A model generated the notes under the pieces. The model worked only from the letters and a program-made list of their open reading frames with translations, did not search any database and was not told the DNA's origin. The translations under genes were made by a program, and so were the position numbers. Below are positions 50,501 to 59,733 of a stretch of DNA of 64,000 nt, piece after piece. Where the stretch lies: the IMG/VR virus record IMGVR_UViG_3300019763_000006, positions 1 to 64,000 of that record; one strand, given 5' to 3'. Within the stretch, counting starts at the first letter, position 1. Every line of letters starts with the position of its first letter. Origin of the DNA: a virus.

Positions 50501-50660
50501 AGCAGTAATACCAATTCCTAGTAGAATTGGTGGAAGTGAAGGGATGTATAAAGGTGATAATATTGTTATTAAAAATATTGATGTTAAGCATCCTAATGCA
50601 GATTTTAATGATGTTATCAAAGAAGTTCATAATAAAGTAACAATTTATAAACATAAATAA
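44517..50660 (+). CDS. Tail tape measure protein
   Basis: 2047 aa helical; TP901-type core (ELDTALVELKKVT, IDGLNEVSNRFA, LRSTYEIL). Confidence 0.92.
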   Translation: MADEKIDVKVKLGLDSTSEQQVKKDVSRVTKELENQVNYEKQRKQVINNIAKELNTTSSIIEKSLKLTERERKEHEKVLQLSKKNEISEKKQLEDLELKIRLFKELQTRNITSLQSGNLKGLYDKSALDSFQKSLSELSINTPDLEKKMKLLGSEFKNIKNGAQNSSKAISVASKETASFATGIKDAAIKFGLWSAVTVAYYGAIRAIGEGIDTIRELDTALVELKKVTDETDVTYQKFTDTAFQMAEATGSSGVDAIKATSAFARMNFTLEESIKLGEKALILQNIGDGINTIEEATTSLVAIMKGFELQAKDSEHVIDGLNEVSNRFAVNTSQLSNGLMRISATSNQSNNSLDETIGLMTGAVEILQNWEKASSGINVLTQRIRGVSEEGENLLPTLQKTFDSLKLISGETVRIPIEDANGDLRSTYEILQDLSKIYPNLESKTKQYVGSLVAGKRQITVLEAILQNFENVEKATQASIDSAGSARVEQEKYLDSIEGKMKILDKTTQEFWSHFISSDTVKSTIEAFTKFIEIFDRLTQSIGETNTVLLALTLAILIFKKEALIGGIKALYNFSLNLLGIATSAEIAAGAVNGFNLSASGLTFGLSLLIPMILQIIDSNKKLETSLQDTNTEIEKQIDNFDNLTEKEKELLELRLRNKLIDEGYSNKSDVEKRIDDINQELIRFEKISQKFSKIGETGKESEYNRRIENRQKELDKLHEIMKTFELLEKVEMHESNKLTNAYTNQRDALNSLKDKVSDTSDEIEELTDKEKEHQEMMQFSIEQLDTLAQKYPEYSEKVIEYQIKETEAVIIEAQKRLSAMEIESSAIDRVMQKYYGMKGVADDATLNMSRAILNTINSGTFKDVIDTSALDGAKKDLQDLLDLQEKYFGKDKKSSSKTKEATAYYKELAKIAEIENKIAILKTKQSLTDNEREKIKLIRQQVEETKNLQEAQHVLNEARRRDLANLKVGSEEYTKLEKSIESTSGAWWTAQKAIQDYNKEIDNLIKEIRDDIKETDKELAKIIEERRIENFNNQIKITVENIKDFADELNNASKYADNLLSVGDLEGGFEALTKQLNSQLQVTNELNREYATLQTLIQQAQSSEEKSKLADNMEKVSDSITTAQLNAQKLVTEIGKLKIDVISKHFGDITSEIEEQINLLDSQLVPLMEGFLSGLDIDLGENFIGNQLDFGGLQDAFKNIFDNEKNRIEEINSLRREANSQEISETKASYNKEIQDLMNHRADLERRLMLSYGAEENLATQHYQKMLDFVVQFANGSEEALQSMLSATGNLGGSVSSGNYSSANQNVLNDYYQRFPNSLIPPEIILQANTNSMQPKGMQLNVPSQLKSTSSDINDYMDETGAVIFEKIMELVEKHGIDDKFYEKIFGYSGTETNPFVDFDDDALEGDFYAIAKNIQSYLVNSTSKNLEETINNWIDNIFKTNLFTGVSHNRLDKDYLVKRLFGERVDKGTGGEVLESKGLSAVQGKLASEYGFSVESAKNLLGTDFREIEDVGDLLRNFTAWTKSIQDLSIDERVAELNLAKQTTGEIVNEMQQLQMNLPKFEFDFDMKEYQSNIKDIQDGLQNTFEEIRVSGKSVEEQLLAINEVSKNASIKISEQQIELNQALINSQNEYIKALEEEYLANEDNAELQAIIQSKLNDAYNQRLSYEQQLRNSIKQRYETEFKFMDKELSMIESTNSLREKELKLAELRGETADLDSNTLANEKEKQNLLKENVETLESQMAQLEVGSFEWNLLNEQLLKYKNSLLDSEIAVEEINNKLKEQEIDRINDELDEELRIYKELKNAQIKRLEAMKKGNTEADKEAEFIEKIADAEQKVLNIREKLANLRKERNIKVFTGKGFEFQANQKEIKNTTLELQEANKDLSESRKEFDTYKFNRDIDLRIQAIEKEIQKEENNVLALKKLAEVGKITNDMYKEGAEIITGNLVPANELLIDTLELTGQKLLDNIEKFKDMENIFGRIGNLSDISISNSPAVIPIPSRIGGSEGMYKGDNIVIKNIDVKHPNADFNDVIKEVHNKVTIYKHK

Positions 50661-50726
50661 TATAAGGGTTGTTGTTTGAATTTATTTTGAGCAACAACTC
50701 TATAAAAATAAAGGTGGTGAAATATT

Positions 50727-52688
50727 TTGGCTACAATTTATGGAGCAAGAGATTTATCTCCTGAAGGGGTTTTAGATACAACACAAGACATAACATTAAA
50801 ATGGGTTGCAAACGGAAGTCCACAGACAGATTTCCAATTAATAATTAGAAGAGTTGATAATAATACAATTGTGTATGATAGCACAAAAATTACTTCGGCA
50901 GTTAGTCAACACATTGTAACTAGCGGAACTTTATCTACAAATATAGCTTTAAAATGGATGGTTACAACATGGAATGGTAGTGATAGTGCAGATAGTTCTT
51001 TTATATCTATTATATTAAATAATAAACCTACAATTACATTATCTAATATTATAGAAGGACAAACTTTGACTACTCAAGATTATGAGTTCACTTCAACATA
51101 TAGTCAACTCGAAGGTAGTACTATAAAATTTTTTGGATACAGGTTATTTGATAATAATGGTAATTTAATCGAAGATACTGGACAATTATTTCCATTTGAT
51201 TATCCAAATTCTAAATATACTTTTAAAAATATGGTAAATGGAGAGAGTTTTAAAGTACAATCTTATGTAGCGGCGCAAAATAATTTAAGTAATGAGAGTG
51301 CCATTGTCGGATTTAATATATCTTATACTAATCCAGATACAACAGCAGAAGTTATTGCAACAGCAAATAATAGTGAGGGAATAATTACGATAGATTATGC
51401 AGATATTAAACAAGTTTTAGGTACGGTAAGCGGTACTTTTAGTTACCAACCTGCAAAATTTAATAATGGGGTTGATTTAGATAGCGGAGCTTATTTAGAA
51501 TATACTGAACCAATTAACCAAGATGATTTTACATTAACATGGTATCAGAAAATATCTCATGATTACGATGGTAAAATACTTGAAATCCAAGATGATACAG
51601 GAACTATTGAATTTGGATATGGGAGAAATATTAATAACGAAGGAGTATTTTATTTTATAGATAGCGAAGGGAATAGACAAGAAACAAATTATGTAACACC
51701 ATTTGAAACAAATGATTTTTTAAATGACCCAATTGGAAATTTTTTAACTCAAACTATTTTTAATATGGATAGTAATAATATTGGAAATTTTATGTTTGTG
51801 CAACTAACTAAAGATAGAGCTTTTATTCGCTTAGATAGTCCAACCGAAAGTATTGTGATTAATGAGGTTATTGATTTAAAACCTACAAGTGAGCATGATT
51901 CATTAAGATTGTATGGAGATAGTTTAGTAGACCATTTGCATGTTTATACAAAACAATTTACTGAAACAGAAATGTTGAATCAAGATGTGAATACAATTAC
52001 AAATTGGGGTGTAAATACTGATTATAGGGCTACTTTAGATAATACTTTAGGCGCAGGGAATGTAATTATAGGAATTCCAATTATTGGATGGAGGATTAGA
52101 AGAAGAGTAGTAGGTGAAACTACTGGTGTATTAATTGCTGACAATTTACCAAAAACACAGTTGCAATTTTTAGATACTATAGCTACTAATAATACAAGTT
52201 ATATTTATACAGTTTCAGCTATAACATCAAGTGGAGAAGGATTAGGGGTAGATAGTAATAGTATTTCATTAGATTTTTGGGGTTGGATTTTAACAGATGG
52301 GATAGAAAGTTATCATTTTTTTGCTGATAATAGTACTTCTGAAATTTCAGTAAATAAAAAATCTTATATATACGAAACTTATACAGATTATCCAATCGTA
52401 TCTCATTCAGTAGGTAAAGGGCAGAGAATGTCTATTACTACAAAACCATTTGAATGTGTTAATAATAATTTAGTCTTAGATTTAGCTAGATATAATAATA
52501 TTAAAAATTTTATAAATAATAATAAACCTAAAATATTAAAAGATTCTACAGGAGATATTATGATGGTAGAAACTTTAAATATAAATAAAAAATTTATGGA
52601 CATTATAGGAGTACAACCTTATGATATTAGTTTTGATATTATACAGACAGGAGATGAGGGTGCATGGCTAACGCTACAAGCAACTTAG
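50727..52688 (+). CDS. Distal tail/baseplate protein with FN3- and LamG-like domains
   Basis: Follows TMP; beta-rich; FLDT...YIYTVSAI FN3 pattern. Confidence 0.7.
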   Translation: MATIYGARDLSPEGVLDTTQDITLKWVANGSPQTDFQLIIRRVDNNTIVYDSTKITSAVSQHIVTSGTLSTNIALKWMVTTWNGSDSADSSFISIILNNKPTITLSNIIEGQTLTTQDYEFTSTYSQLEGSTIKFFGYRLFDNNGNLIEDTGQLFPFDYPNSKYTFKNMVNGESFKVQSYVAAQNNLSNESAIVGFNISYTNPDTTAEVIATANNSEGIITIDYADIKQVLGTVSGTFSYQPAKFNNGVDLDSGAYLEYTEPINQDDFTLTWYQKISHDYDGKILEIQDDTGTIEFGYGRNINNEGVFYFIDSEGNRQETNYVTPFETNDFLNDPIGNFLTQTIFNMDSNNIGNFMFVQLTKDRAFIRLDSPTESIVINEVIDLKPTSEHDSLRLYGDSLVDHLHVYTKQFTETEMLNQDVNTITNWGVNTDYRATLDNTLGAGNVIIGIPIIGWRIRRRVVGETTGVLIADNLPKTQLQFLDTIATNNTSYIYTVSAITSSGEGLGVDSNSISLDFWGWILTDGIESYHFFADNSTSEISVNKKSYIYETYTDYPIVSHSVGKGQRMSITTKPFECVNNNLVLDLARYNNIKNFINNNKPKILKDSTGDIMMVETLNINKKFMDIIGVQPYDISFDIIQTGDEGAWLTLQAT

Positions 52689-53830
52689 TATTATATAGAA
52701 ATGCATTAAAAGCAAAAAATAGATTTCCTATTGCTCAAATAGAATGGACAGATGAAAATTCTAATGTTATAAGACAAGTCATTGGAGATGTAATAAGTGG
52801 AAATATTTCAATGTCATATAAAAATGGTATTAGAAGGACTATTAATCTAACTCTTCAAAATATTACAGGAGATTATATCCCAAAAGGAAGATATGGATTA
52901 ATTTGGTATAATAATGGATTTAAACTTAGAACAGGATTAAGAATTGACGGGACGGATTATTTTGTTAATCAAGGTGTTTACGTTTTAGGTAATCCAACAT
53001 TAGAACATGATTTTGCAAATAATACAATTTCTTTTACAGCCTATGATAAATTTGCTACACTAGACGGAACAACAAATGGTGCTTTAATAGATATTTACTC
53101 TTTTCCTGTAGGTTCAAATTTTTCAACATTAATTAGACAAATATTTTTAGATGCTGGAATAACCACTCCTGTAAATATTAATCCTTATTTTGATAGCGTT
53201 ACAACTCCTTACACTATTACTGTAGATTGGAATAGCACATATGGTACAATGTTAGTAGATAAATTATGTACTCCATTTTCACAAATGGTTTATTTTGATA
53301 GAAATGGGATACCTACTTTGAATAATCCAGTTTTACAAAATTCAGCTCCTGTGGTATGGGATTTTCGTGCAAATAAAAAAGATGAAACTTTATATATTAA
53401 AGGAAAAGTAACTTATGATTTTGCAGGCACTTATAATTATGTAAAAGTAATAGGAGATACTGAAAACGGAGATACTTTCATAGGAATAGCACAAGATGAT
53501 GACCCACTATCAGATACTTATGTTAATAATATTGGGTTAAAACCTATGCCAGTATTAAGAGATGAAAATATTTACAATAATAATTTAGCAAATTTAAGAG
53601 CTACACATGAATTAAATAAAGCTAAACAAACATATAAAACTATTGTAATAGAATGTGTGCCAATTGATTTACTACAAGAAGGAGATATAATCACAGTTAC
53701 AGATGAAAAATTAGATTTGGATAATGAACGTTGTATTATAAATCAAATAGATTCTCCTTTAACACACGACGGAATTATGACAATCAATTGTACTGCTACT
53801 AGAAATAATGTAGATATAGTTTTATTATAA
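52664..53830 (+). CDS. Baseplate hub/tail protein
   Basis: IRRTINLTL, GVY, YFDRNG, YNYVKVIG patterns; synteny. Confidence 0.7.
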   Translation: MANATSNLVLYRNALKAKNRFPIAQIEWTDENSNVIRQVIGDVISGNISMSYKNGIRRTINLTLQNITGDYIPKGRYGLIWYNNGFKLRTGLRIDGTDYFVNQGVYVLGNPTLEHDFANNTISFTAYDKFATLDGTTNGALIDIYSFPVGSNFSTLIRQIFLDAGITTPVNINPYFDSVTTPYTITVDWNSTYGTMLVDKLCTPFSQMVYFDRNGIPTLNNPVLQNSAPVVWDFRANKKDETLYIKGKVTYDFAGTYNYVKVIGDTENGDTFIGIAQDDDPLSDTYVNNIGLKPMPVLRDENIYNNNLANLRATHELNKAKQTYKTIVIECVPIDLLQEGDIITVTDEKLDLDNERCIINQIDSPLTHDGIMTINCTATRNNVDIVLL

Positions 53831-53846
53831 AATGAGGTGATGATAT

Positions 53847-54119
53847 ATGCCAAAATCAATCGCTACAGAGCTTGTGAATTCATTAGTCGAATCTATGAAA
53901 GAATCAACTAATAATGTAATTAGTAATGCTATAAAAACAGAATATAGAAAAGCGGAAGTAACCGCTGTAAGTGGAAGTGTCGCAAGTATAAAATTCGATA
54001 CAAATATTTTAACGAATGTAACTATTTTACAAGGAGTATCAATAGTGGTAGGAGATAAAGTAAATGTTGTAATTACAAATGGTAATTTAGATAGATGTGA
54101 AATAAATAGAAAATTATAG
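53847..54119 (+). CDS. Small OB-fold-like baseplate/spike protein
   Basis: AEVTAVSG...VGDKVNV. Confidence 0.55.
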   Translation: MPKSIATELVNSLVESMKESTNNVISNAIKTEYRKAEVTAVSGSVASIKFDTNILTNVTILQGVSIVVGDKVNVVITNGNLDRCEINRKL

Positions 54120-54141
54120 TTAATGAAAGGAGTGACATATA

Positions 54142-54807
54142 TTGGCAACAACAAATTATAATCTTGATAAATATAATGCAAGTGATGTTCATAGTTTGAT
54201 TATCTCTAAACAGCAAGATAATATGGATAAAATAGATACTCAAATGAAGGTAAATGCAGATGCAGTTGTGACTGAAGCAAGTCTTAGACAAGATGGAGAT
54301 AATACATTACAAAATGGATTAGATTCAACAAATGCAACAGTAGCAGCTTTATCTGGTTCAATAGTTGGGGGTACTACTGAAATTAGATATAATGTATTTA
54401 CAATCGTACATGCGGATAATGGTGATAATACTTTCACATATAAAGATACAAATGATGTAGAGTATACAAAACCATTATCAGTAGAAGGATACCAGAACTT
54501 TGATTTGATAGATGGTGTAGAATATGAAGTTAATAATAATAGAATAGAAGCTATTATTAATGATACCTTAATTAGAAGCAAAGCTAGTGGTGGACTAGAT
54601 GAGGTTTCTAGTACTCGTATTGCATTAACAATTCCAGAAACAGATGGAACTGAAATAACTTTTAAAGTTTTTGTAAAATTAGGTTTGATTGGACAACATG
54701 GTATAACACATGAAGTAGATGGGGTAGATGAAGTTGAAGGTTTGGCTTATGTGAGCGAAACTCGTCCAGTTAATAATAAAGCTGTTTGGTTTAAAATTAT
54801 ACCTTAG
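54142..54807 (+). CDS. Tail fibre/baseplate-associated protein
   Basis: MATTNYNL...NMDKID N-terminus; HGITH-DG-D and VWFK C-terminus. Confidence 0.6.
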   Translation: MATTNYNLDKYNASDVHSLIISKQQDNMDKIDTQMKVNADAVVTEASLRQDGDNTLQNGLDSTNATVAALSGSIVGGTTEIRYNVFTIVHADNGDNTFTYKDTNDVEYTKPLSVEGYQNFDLIDGVEYEVNNNRIEAIINDTLIRSKASGGLDEVSSTRIALTIPETDGTEITFKVFVKLGLIGQHGITHEVDGVDEVEGLAYVSETRPVNNKAVWFKIIP

Positions 54808-54821
54808 GAGATGATTTTTAA

Positions 54822-56657
54822 ATGGCAGTTTGGGGAAATGAAATTATTAATGAAAAGAAAAAAGAAAAAAATAAATGTAAACATATTGATAAACATTTAT
54901 TAGGTGATTCATTAAAAGAAGAAATAGATAATAAAAGAAATAAAACAGATAAAATAGAATATAGTGATGTTGTAAATGTAAATATATCTTTAAGTGATTT
55001 AGGTGTAGATATTAATAATTTATTACAGATTATGCAAAATAAAATTAATAGTAATTCTAAATTAAATTATAATAATATAACGAATAAAAATATTATTTAT
55101 AATGATTTAGCTGAAACATTAAAATCTTTAATAAATTCAAAATTAGACAGCGATTCACAGTTAAATTTTAATAATATTGTAGGAATAAATATTACAAAAG
55201 AAAAATTAAGTTTAAGTTTGCAAAATGAATTGGATAACAAATTAGACGGTAATTCAACATTACCATATAGTCAAATTACAGATATTTCTATCACAAAAGA
55301 TGATTTAAATAGTAGTTTAAAAAATGAAATAGATAATAAATTAACAAATGAGTCAATTATTAGTTGGGAAAATATTTCTGGAAAACCTCAATTAGCTGAT
55401 GGAAGTTGGAAACCTCCTGTAGAAAATTTTTCTGATTTGCCTTTAAATAATAATCAAGATGGAGATTTAAGAATTGTTCTGTCTCAAAATATCGTTTATA
55501 CATGGACAGATAAAGACACTGGAGTTTTTCATTGGGAAGAAATTGGTGCAAATGATACAAATGTTGAATGGACACATATTCAGAATAAACCTAGTACATT
55601 TACACCATCTAATCATAGCCATAATGATTTATATTATACAGAAAGTGAAATACAATCATTATATTATAATAAAACCTATTTGAATGAATATTTACATCAG
55701 CATAGCAATAAAAATATTTTAGATACTATTGATTCTTCTAAAATAAATAATTGGGATAAAGTAACTTTAAAAGCAAATGCTATAGATTTAGGGAATCATA
55801 TAGGTAATGCAACTATGCATACTACTTTTAGTGATAAAACAAAATGGAATCAGGTTGTAAATAAAGTTGATAAAATTAGCGGTAAAAGTTTATCAACGGA
55901 GGATTTTACTACTAATTTAAAAGATAAATTAGAAGCATTATCAGAGTCAGCCAGTATTGATTATACAAATATGCATAATGATTTAGAAAGTCATATTACT
56001 AATAGTAGTGTGCATGTTACTAGTATAGAAAAACAAAAATGGGATGATGTATTAAATAAAGTTAATCAAGAGGTGTTTGAAAACCATTCTAATAATTCTA
56101 ATATCCATGTTACTAGTACAGAAAAGAATTTAATAAATCAGATAACTTCTAAAGCATCAAATGTGACATTAAATAATCATATTAATAATGAGGATGTCCA
56201 CGTTACTAGTATAGAAAAAACAAAGTGGAATAATATGATTCCGTTAAGTGGTACAACAGAACTAGAAGGGGATATAATACCAAATAATGGTGGATGTAAT
56301 TTAGGAAATGGTAGTAGAAGATTTTCACGTATTTATGGGAGTTTTGGATTTTTTTCATTTTTATATAATTTATCTTATTTTTATTGTTCTCCAACTTTCC
56401 CTGATAACTATTATTTAAGTTTTGGAAGTGGAAAAGATTTAAGATTCTATCACAAGTCATCAAATGACATATCATACATCTCTACCCAACAAAATCATGA
56501 CACAATCTTTTCAGCAAATCCAACTGGTTCAGCTGAAATACCTATGTTGACGATGAAAAGTGATGGAAGTAAATTAGTAGCAGATGTTGAAATTGAGAAT
56601 GTTGTGACGGTAGGAGCTAATCAACCAAAATGTGGCTTATGGTTAAAAGTAGTATAG
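54822..56657 (+). CDS. Tail fibre protein with HxxNxxxHxT repeats
   Basis: HIGNATMHTT, HITNSSVHVT, HSNNSNIHVT, HINNEDVHVT; NKPSTFTPSNHSH; KVDKISGKSLSTEDFT. Confidence 0.75.
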   Translation: MAVWGNEIINEKKKEKNKCKHIDKHLLGDSLKEEIDNKRNKTDKIEYSDVVNVNISLSDLGVDINNLLQIMQNKINSNSKLNYNNITNKNIIYNDLAETLKSLINSKLDSDSQLNFNNIVGINITKEKLSLSLQNELDNKLDGNSTLPYSQITDISITKDDLNSSLKNEIDNKLTNESIISWENISGKPQLADGSWKPPVENFSDLPLNNNQDGDLRIVLSQNIVYTWTDKDTGVFHWEEIGANDTNVEWTHIQNKPSTFTPSNHSHNDLYYTESEIQSLYYNKTYLNEYLHQHSNKNILDTIDSSKINNWDKVTLKANAIDLGNHIGNATMHTTFSDKTKWNQVVNKVDKISGKSLSTEDFTTNLKDKLEALSESASIDYTNMHNDLESHITNSSVHVTSIEKQKWDDVLNKVNQEVFENHSNNSNIHVTSTEKNLINQITSKASNVTLNNHINNEDVHVTSIEKTKWNNMIPLSGTTELEGDIIPNNGGCNLGNGSRRFSRIYGSFGFFSFLYNLSYFYCSPTFPDNYYLSFGSGKDLRFYHKSSNDISYISTQQNHDTIFSANPTGSAEIPMLTMKSDGSKLVADVEIENVVTVGANQPKCGLWLKVV

Positions 56658-56699
56658 CAGTAAATAAAAGTAAGGTTTTAATGACTTTTTGAAAATTTA

Positions 56700-56721
56700 A
56701 AACGTTGAAATTTCAACGTTT
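56700..56721. promoter_or_regulatory. Perfect 22-bp palindrome, member of a dispersed family
   Basis: AAACGTTGAAATTTCAACGTTT; variants at 9414, 12007, 18344, 41556. Confidence 0.7.
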
Positions 56722-56769
56722 GTAAGCATGGTAAAAATTGTAAAAAGTTAATTTTAATAATAGAAAGGT

Positions 56770-57600
56770 GTGATTTTTTATATGGCTATAAAAAATGTAG
56801 AAATCAGAGACCCAAACAGTAATTATACTGATATTTTACACCCAATTACAGGTGCGGATGTAGTTTTAAGTACTGATGGGACAGAAGATAGTTTAGATAC
56901 AGCTATTGGAGTAAGAAGTAATTTAAATACTACAGATAAAAGTAGTATAGTTAATGCAATAAATGAAGTAAACGACAATACGGGCTCACCTCTTACAACA
57001 AATGGTGATATACTTATTTATAATAATGGAGATACAAGATTACCAAAAGGGACAGACGGACAAGTTTTAAAATTAGATAGCGGTTTACCTAGTTGGCAAG
57101 ATGAACAAGGCGGAGCGTGGGAAACGGTATCTAGTGTTGTTTTAGTAAGTAATACCTCACAGATAAATTTTGAAAACTTAAATTTATCTACTTATAAAAT
57201 TTTAAAATTAATTATAAAAGCTAAATCTAATGGACTCTATCAATTTAATGTAAGATTTAATAATTTAACTTCAAATTACAGGAGTTCATTAATTTATGGG
57301 GACGCACCTTCTACGCCTAGATATTCTGGAAGTACATCTAATGGAGGTTCGATAGATATACCTAGGGGAATATCATCATTATTTACAAGCGATGGGTTTA
57401 CAGGAGTAGAAATTGATATACTTCCTTATGGAGAAATGCGAAATTTAGGATTAAATTATAAATGTTATAGTACGAGCGTATTTATAGGTCATGGATGTTT
57501 ATTTGAACAATCAGTAACTTTGTCTAGTATTCAATTGTTTTTGCAAAGTCCTGGAGAATTTGCAACAGGTTCAGCATTTACATTATTGGGGGTGAAATAA
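56770..57600 (+). CDS. Short tail fibre/receptor-binding protein
   Basis: LNTTDKSSIVNAINEV, TTNGDILIY...RLPKGTDGQVL fibre motifs, beta-rich tip; likely start ATG 56782. Confidence 0.75.
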   Translation: MIFYMAIKNVEIRDPNSNYTDILHPITGADVVLSTDGTEDSLDTAIGVRSNLNTTDKSSIVNAINEVNDNTGSPLTTNGDILIYNNGDTRLPKGTDGQVLKLDSGLPSWQDEQGGAWETVSSVVLVSNTSQINFENLNLSTYKILKLIIKAKSNGLYQFNVRFNNLTSNYRSSLIYGDAPSTPRYSGSTSNGGSIDIPRGISSLFTSDGFTGVEIDILPYGEMRNLGLNYKCYSTSVFIGHGCLFEQSVTLSSIQLFLQSPGEFATGSAFTLLGVK

Positions 57601-58118
57601 TGGCAGATAAATTAATAATCTCTAATGATGGAGTGCAAGAAGTTGCATTTACACAAGAAGAAATAGCACAAAGACAATTAGAATTAGAACAAAAAAATCT
57701 ACAAGATGCTCAAAATGAAACAATTATTAAGCAACATTCTAATACGGTAGTAACAAATAATATTTCATCAATTATAGAGCCTACAAGAATGTCTATAACA
57801 CAAATAGAGAGTTGTTGGTGTATTACATTATGTAAAATAGAAAAAACAGAAATTATTCAAGTAAATGGAGTAGATACAACAAATTACGTTTATGATAAAA
57901 TTGAAATTCAAAGAGTAGTTGAAGATAGTCAAACATTACAAGAAATCACAGGATATTATGATGTATTATTTGATAAAATGTTTAAAGATAGTTTAAATCC
58001 AGAAATTGAAAAATTAGAAAAAATTACAAGTGATATACAAATGACAACTGTGATTACAGACTTGATGAAAAAGAATGCAGAGTTAGAACAAAGAATAGCC
58101 GTATTGGAAGGAGTGTAG
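57600..58118 (+). CDS. Fibre assembly/XkdW-like protein
   Basis: Follows fibre; C-terminal coiled coil ELEQRIAVLEG. Confidence 0.5.
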   Translation: MADKLIISNDGVQEVAFTQEEIAQRQLELEQKNLQDAQNETIIKQHSNTVVTNNISSIIEPTRMSITQIESCWCITLCKIEKTEIIQVNGVDTTNYVYDKIEIQRVVEDSQTLQEITGYYDVLFDKMFKDSLNPEIEKLEKITSDIQMTTVITDLMKKNAELEQRIAVLEGV

Positions 58119-58121
58119 ACT

Positions 58122-58307
58122 ATGAAGATAAATGAATTCGGTTTAAATAGTTCATTATATAACACAATTTCTTATGATATTCAATTAAGTAGTAAAACAA
58201 AAACATATTATATAGATATGGTGAACACATGGTTCGATGGGAATTATATAGATTTAGATGAAAAAAATAAATGTCTTGCTTTAATAAATGAAAAATTCCC
58301 AGATTAA
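58122..58307 (+). CDS. Small XkdX-like protein
   Basis: 61 aa, position after fibre module. Confidence 0.45.
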   Translation: MKINEFGLNSSLYNTISYDIQLSSKTKTYYIDMVNTWFDGNYIDLDEKNKCLALINEKFPD

Positions 58308-58319
58308 GGAGTTGAAAGT

Positions 58320-58691
58320 ATGAATTTGTTTACGATTAATAAACATAAACATCTTCATATGGTAGACAAATATAATTCTAAAGAATTGCTTGAAATAAGT
58401 TTGTATAATAGAGTGGGAATGTTCTTTCTCACTCTTATTTTAATACTTGTCTTTTGTATGTTTTTTAATTTATTTATACCTGAACAGAAAATAAATATCA
58501 ATACTTGTAAAAAAGAAGTATTGATGACAGAATTATATAGCACAGGTGAAGTAAAAGCAAATAGAATTATCGAAAATCGACCTTATGATAGTGTATATGA
58601 TTTATTAGAAAATAAAATTATGACAGAGCAATGGTTACAGATGAATGTAGATAAAATAAAAGTTGGGAGTGAAGTAAATGACAAAAAATAA
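58320..58691 (+). CDS. Membrane-anchored ComEA-like helix-hairpin-helix protein
   Basis: TM then KININTCKKEVL...TGEVKANRIIENRPYDSVYDLL. Confidence 0.7.
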   Translation: MNLFTINKHKHLHMVDKYNSKELLEISLYNRVGMFFLTLILILVFCMFFNLFIPEQKININTCKKEVLMTELYSTGEVKANRIIENRPYDSVYDLLENKIMTEQWLQMNVDKIKVGSEVNDKK

Positions 58692-58707
58692 AGGAGATGG
58701 ATAATAT

Positions 58708-59733
58708 ATGTATAGGAAAATATTTGTAAGTTTTTTATTAATAATATTTTTAGGATTTTCAATAACGTTTGCTAGTAATTCATTTTTATATATTGATAAT
58801 ATAAAGATTGATTTGAATTATGCTATGAATTATCAACAAGATTTTAATGAATTGTTAGCAAATTTTATAAGAACAGATGGAGATTTAAGTAAGTTAGGAT
58901 TTTATATTAATGGGGAACAAAAGGATATTTATGGAAATCATGATTATAAAGATTTATTTTTAAATAATTATGAATCAAACAAAGATTATACTCAAATTAA
59001 TTTTTTAAATCTTCAAAATGGTAATTATATATATAAATATAATAAAGATTTATATTATCATAATAGTAATGATAATGGATATTTATATAAAAACGAAGAA
59101 TTATTATATAATCATGAAGTATGGAATTTATTTGTTTATAAAGATATTTTATATTTTAATGACTTAACAGATGAAAAATTAAGGAGTATAAATTTAAACA
59201 CAAAAGAAATTGATATTATTTTTGATGGTAATACAGATTTAATTTATGCTTATGATGACATACTTTATTTTAAAGATATTGATTTTGAAACATGGGAATA
59301 TAAAATCAAAGAAGGAGTATTAAAACATAAGATAGGTTCTGTAGACTATTATATGATTTATCAAGATGATTATGTTAATTTAAGTATTACTAACAAAAGT
59401 GTTTACTATATTAAGAATAGAAAGATTTATGAGTATGAAAAGAATGTAGAAACTTGTAGTTATATCAATGATAAATTATATTTTATTATAGATAATTATT
59501 TGTATAAAGATAACGTTATATTCTTAGAAGATGTAATTAATTATGCGATTTGTGGCAATAAAATATATTATATAAATACAAACAACGAATTATTTTTATA
59601 TGATAATTATTTAAAGGAAATTAATATTTTAAGCAATGAAGAATGTATACACTTAATTTTGTGTGGAAGTGAATTATATTACACTTATTTTGATGAAAAT
59701 TATAAAATAAATATAGGGAGGATTGAATTATAA
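58708..59733 (+). CDS. Secreted beta-propeller protein (DUF5050-like)
   Basis: Signal peptide; repeated (I/L)Y(F/Y) blades (GYLYK, DILYFND, DKLYF, NKIYY, SELYY). Confidence 0.6.
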   Translation: MYRKIFVSFLLIIFLGFSITFASNSFLYIDNIKIDLNYAMNYQQDFNELLANFIRTDGDLSKLGFYINGEQKDIYGNHDYKDLFLNNYESNKDYTQINFLNLQNGNYIYKYNKDLYYHNSNDNGYLYKNEELLYNHEVWNLFVYKDILYFNDLTDEKLRSINLNTKEIDIIFDGNTDLIYAYDDILYFKDIDFETWEYKIKEGVLKHKIGSVDYYMIYQDDYVNLSITNKSVYYIKNRKIYEYEKNVETCSYINDKLYFIIDNYLYKDNVIFLEDVINYAICGNKIYYINTNNELFLYDNYLKEINILSNEECIHLILCGSELYYTYFDENYKINIGRIEL

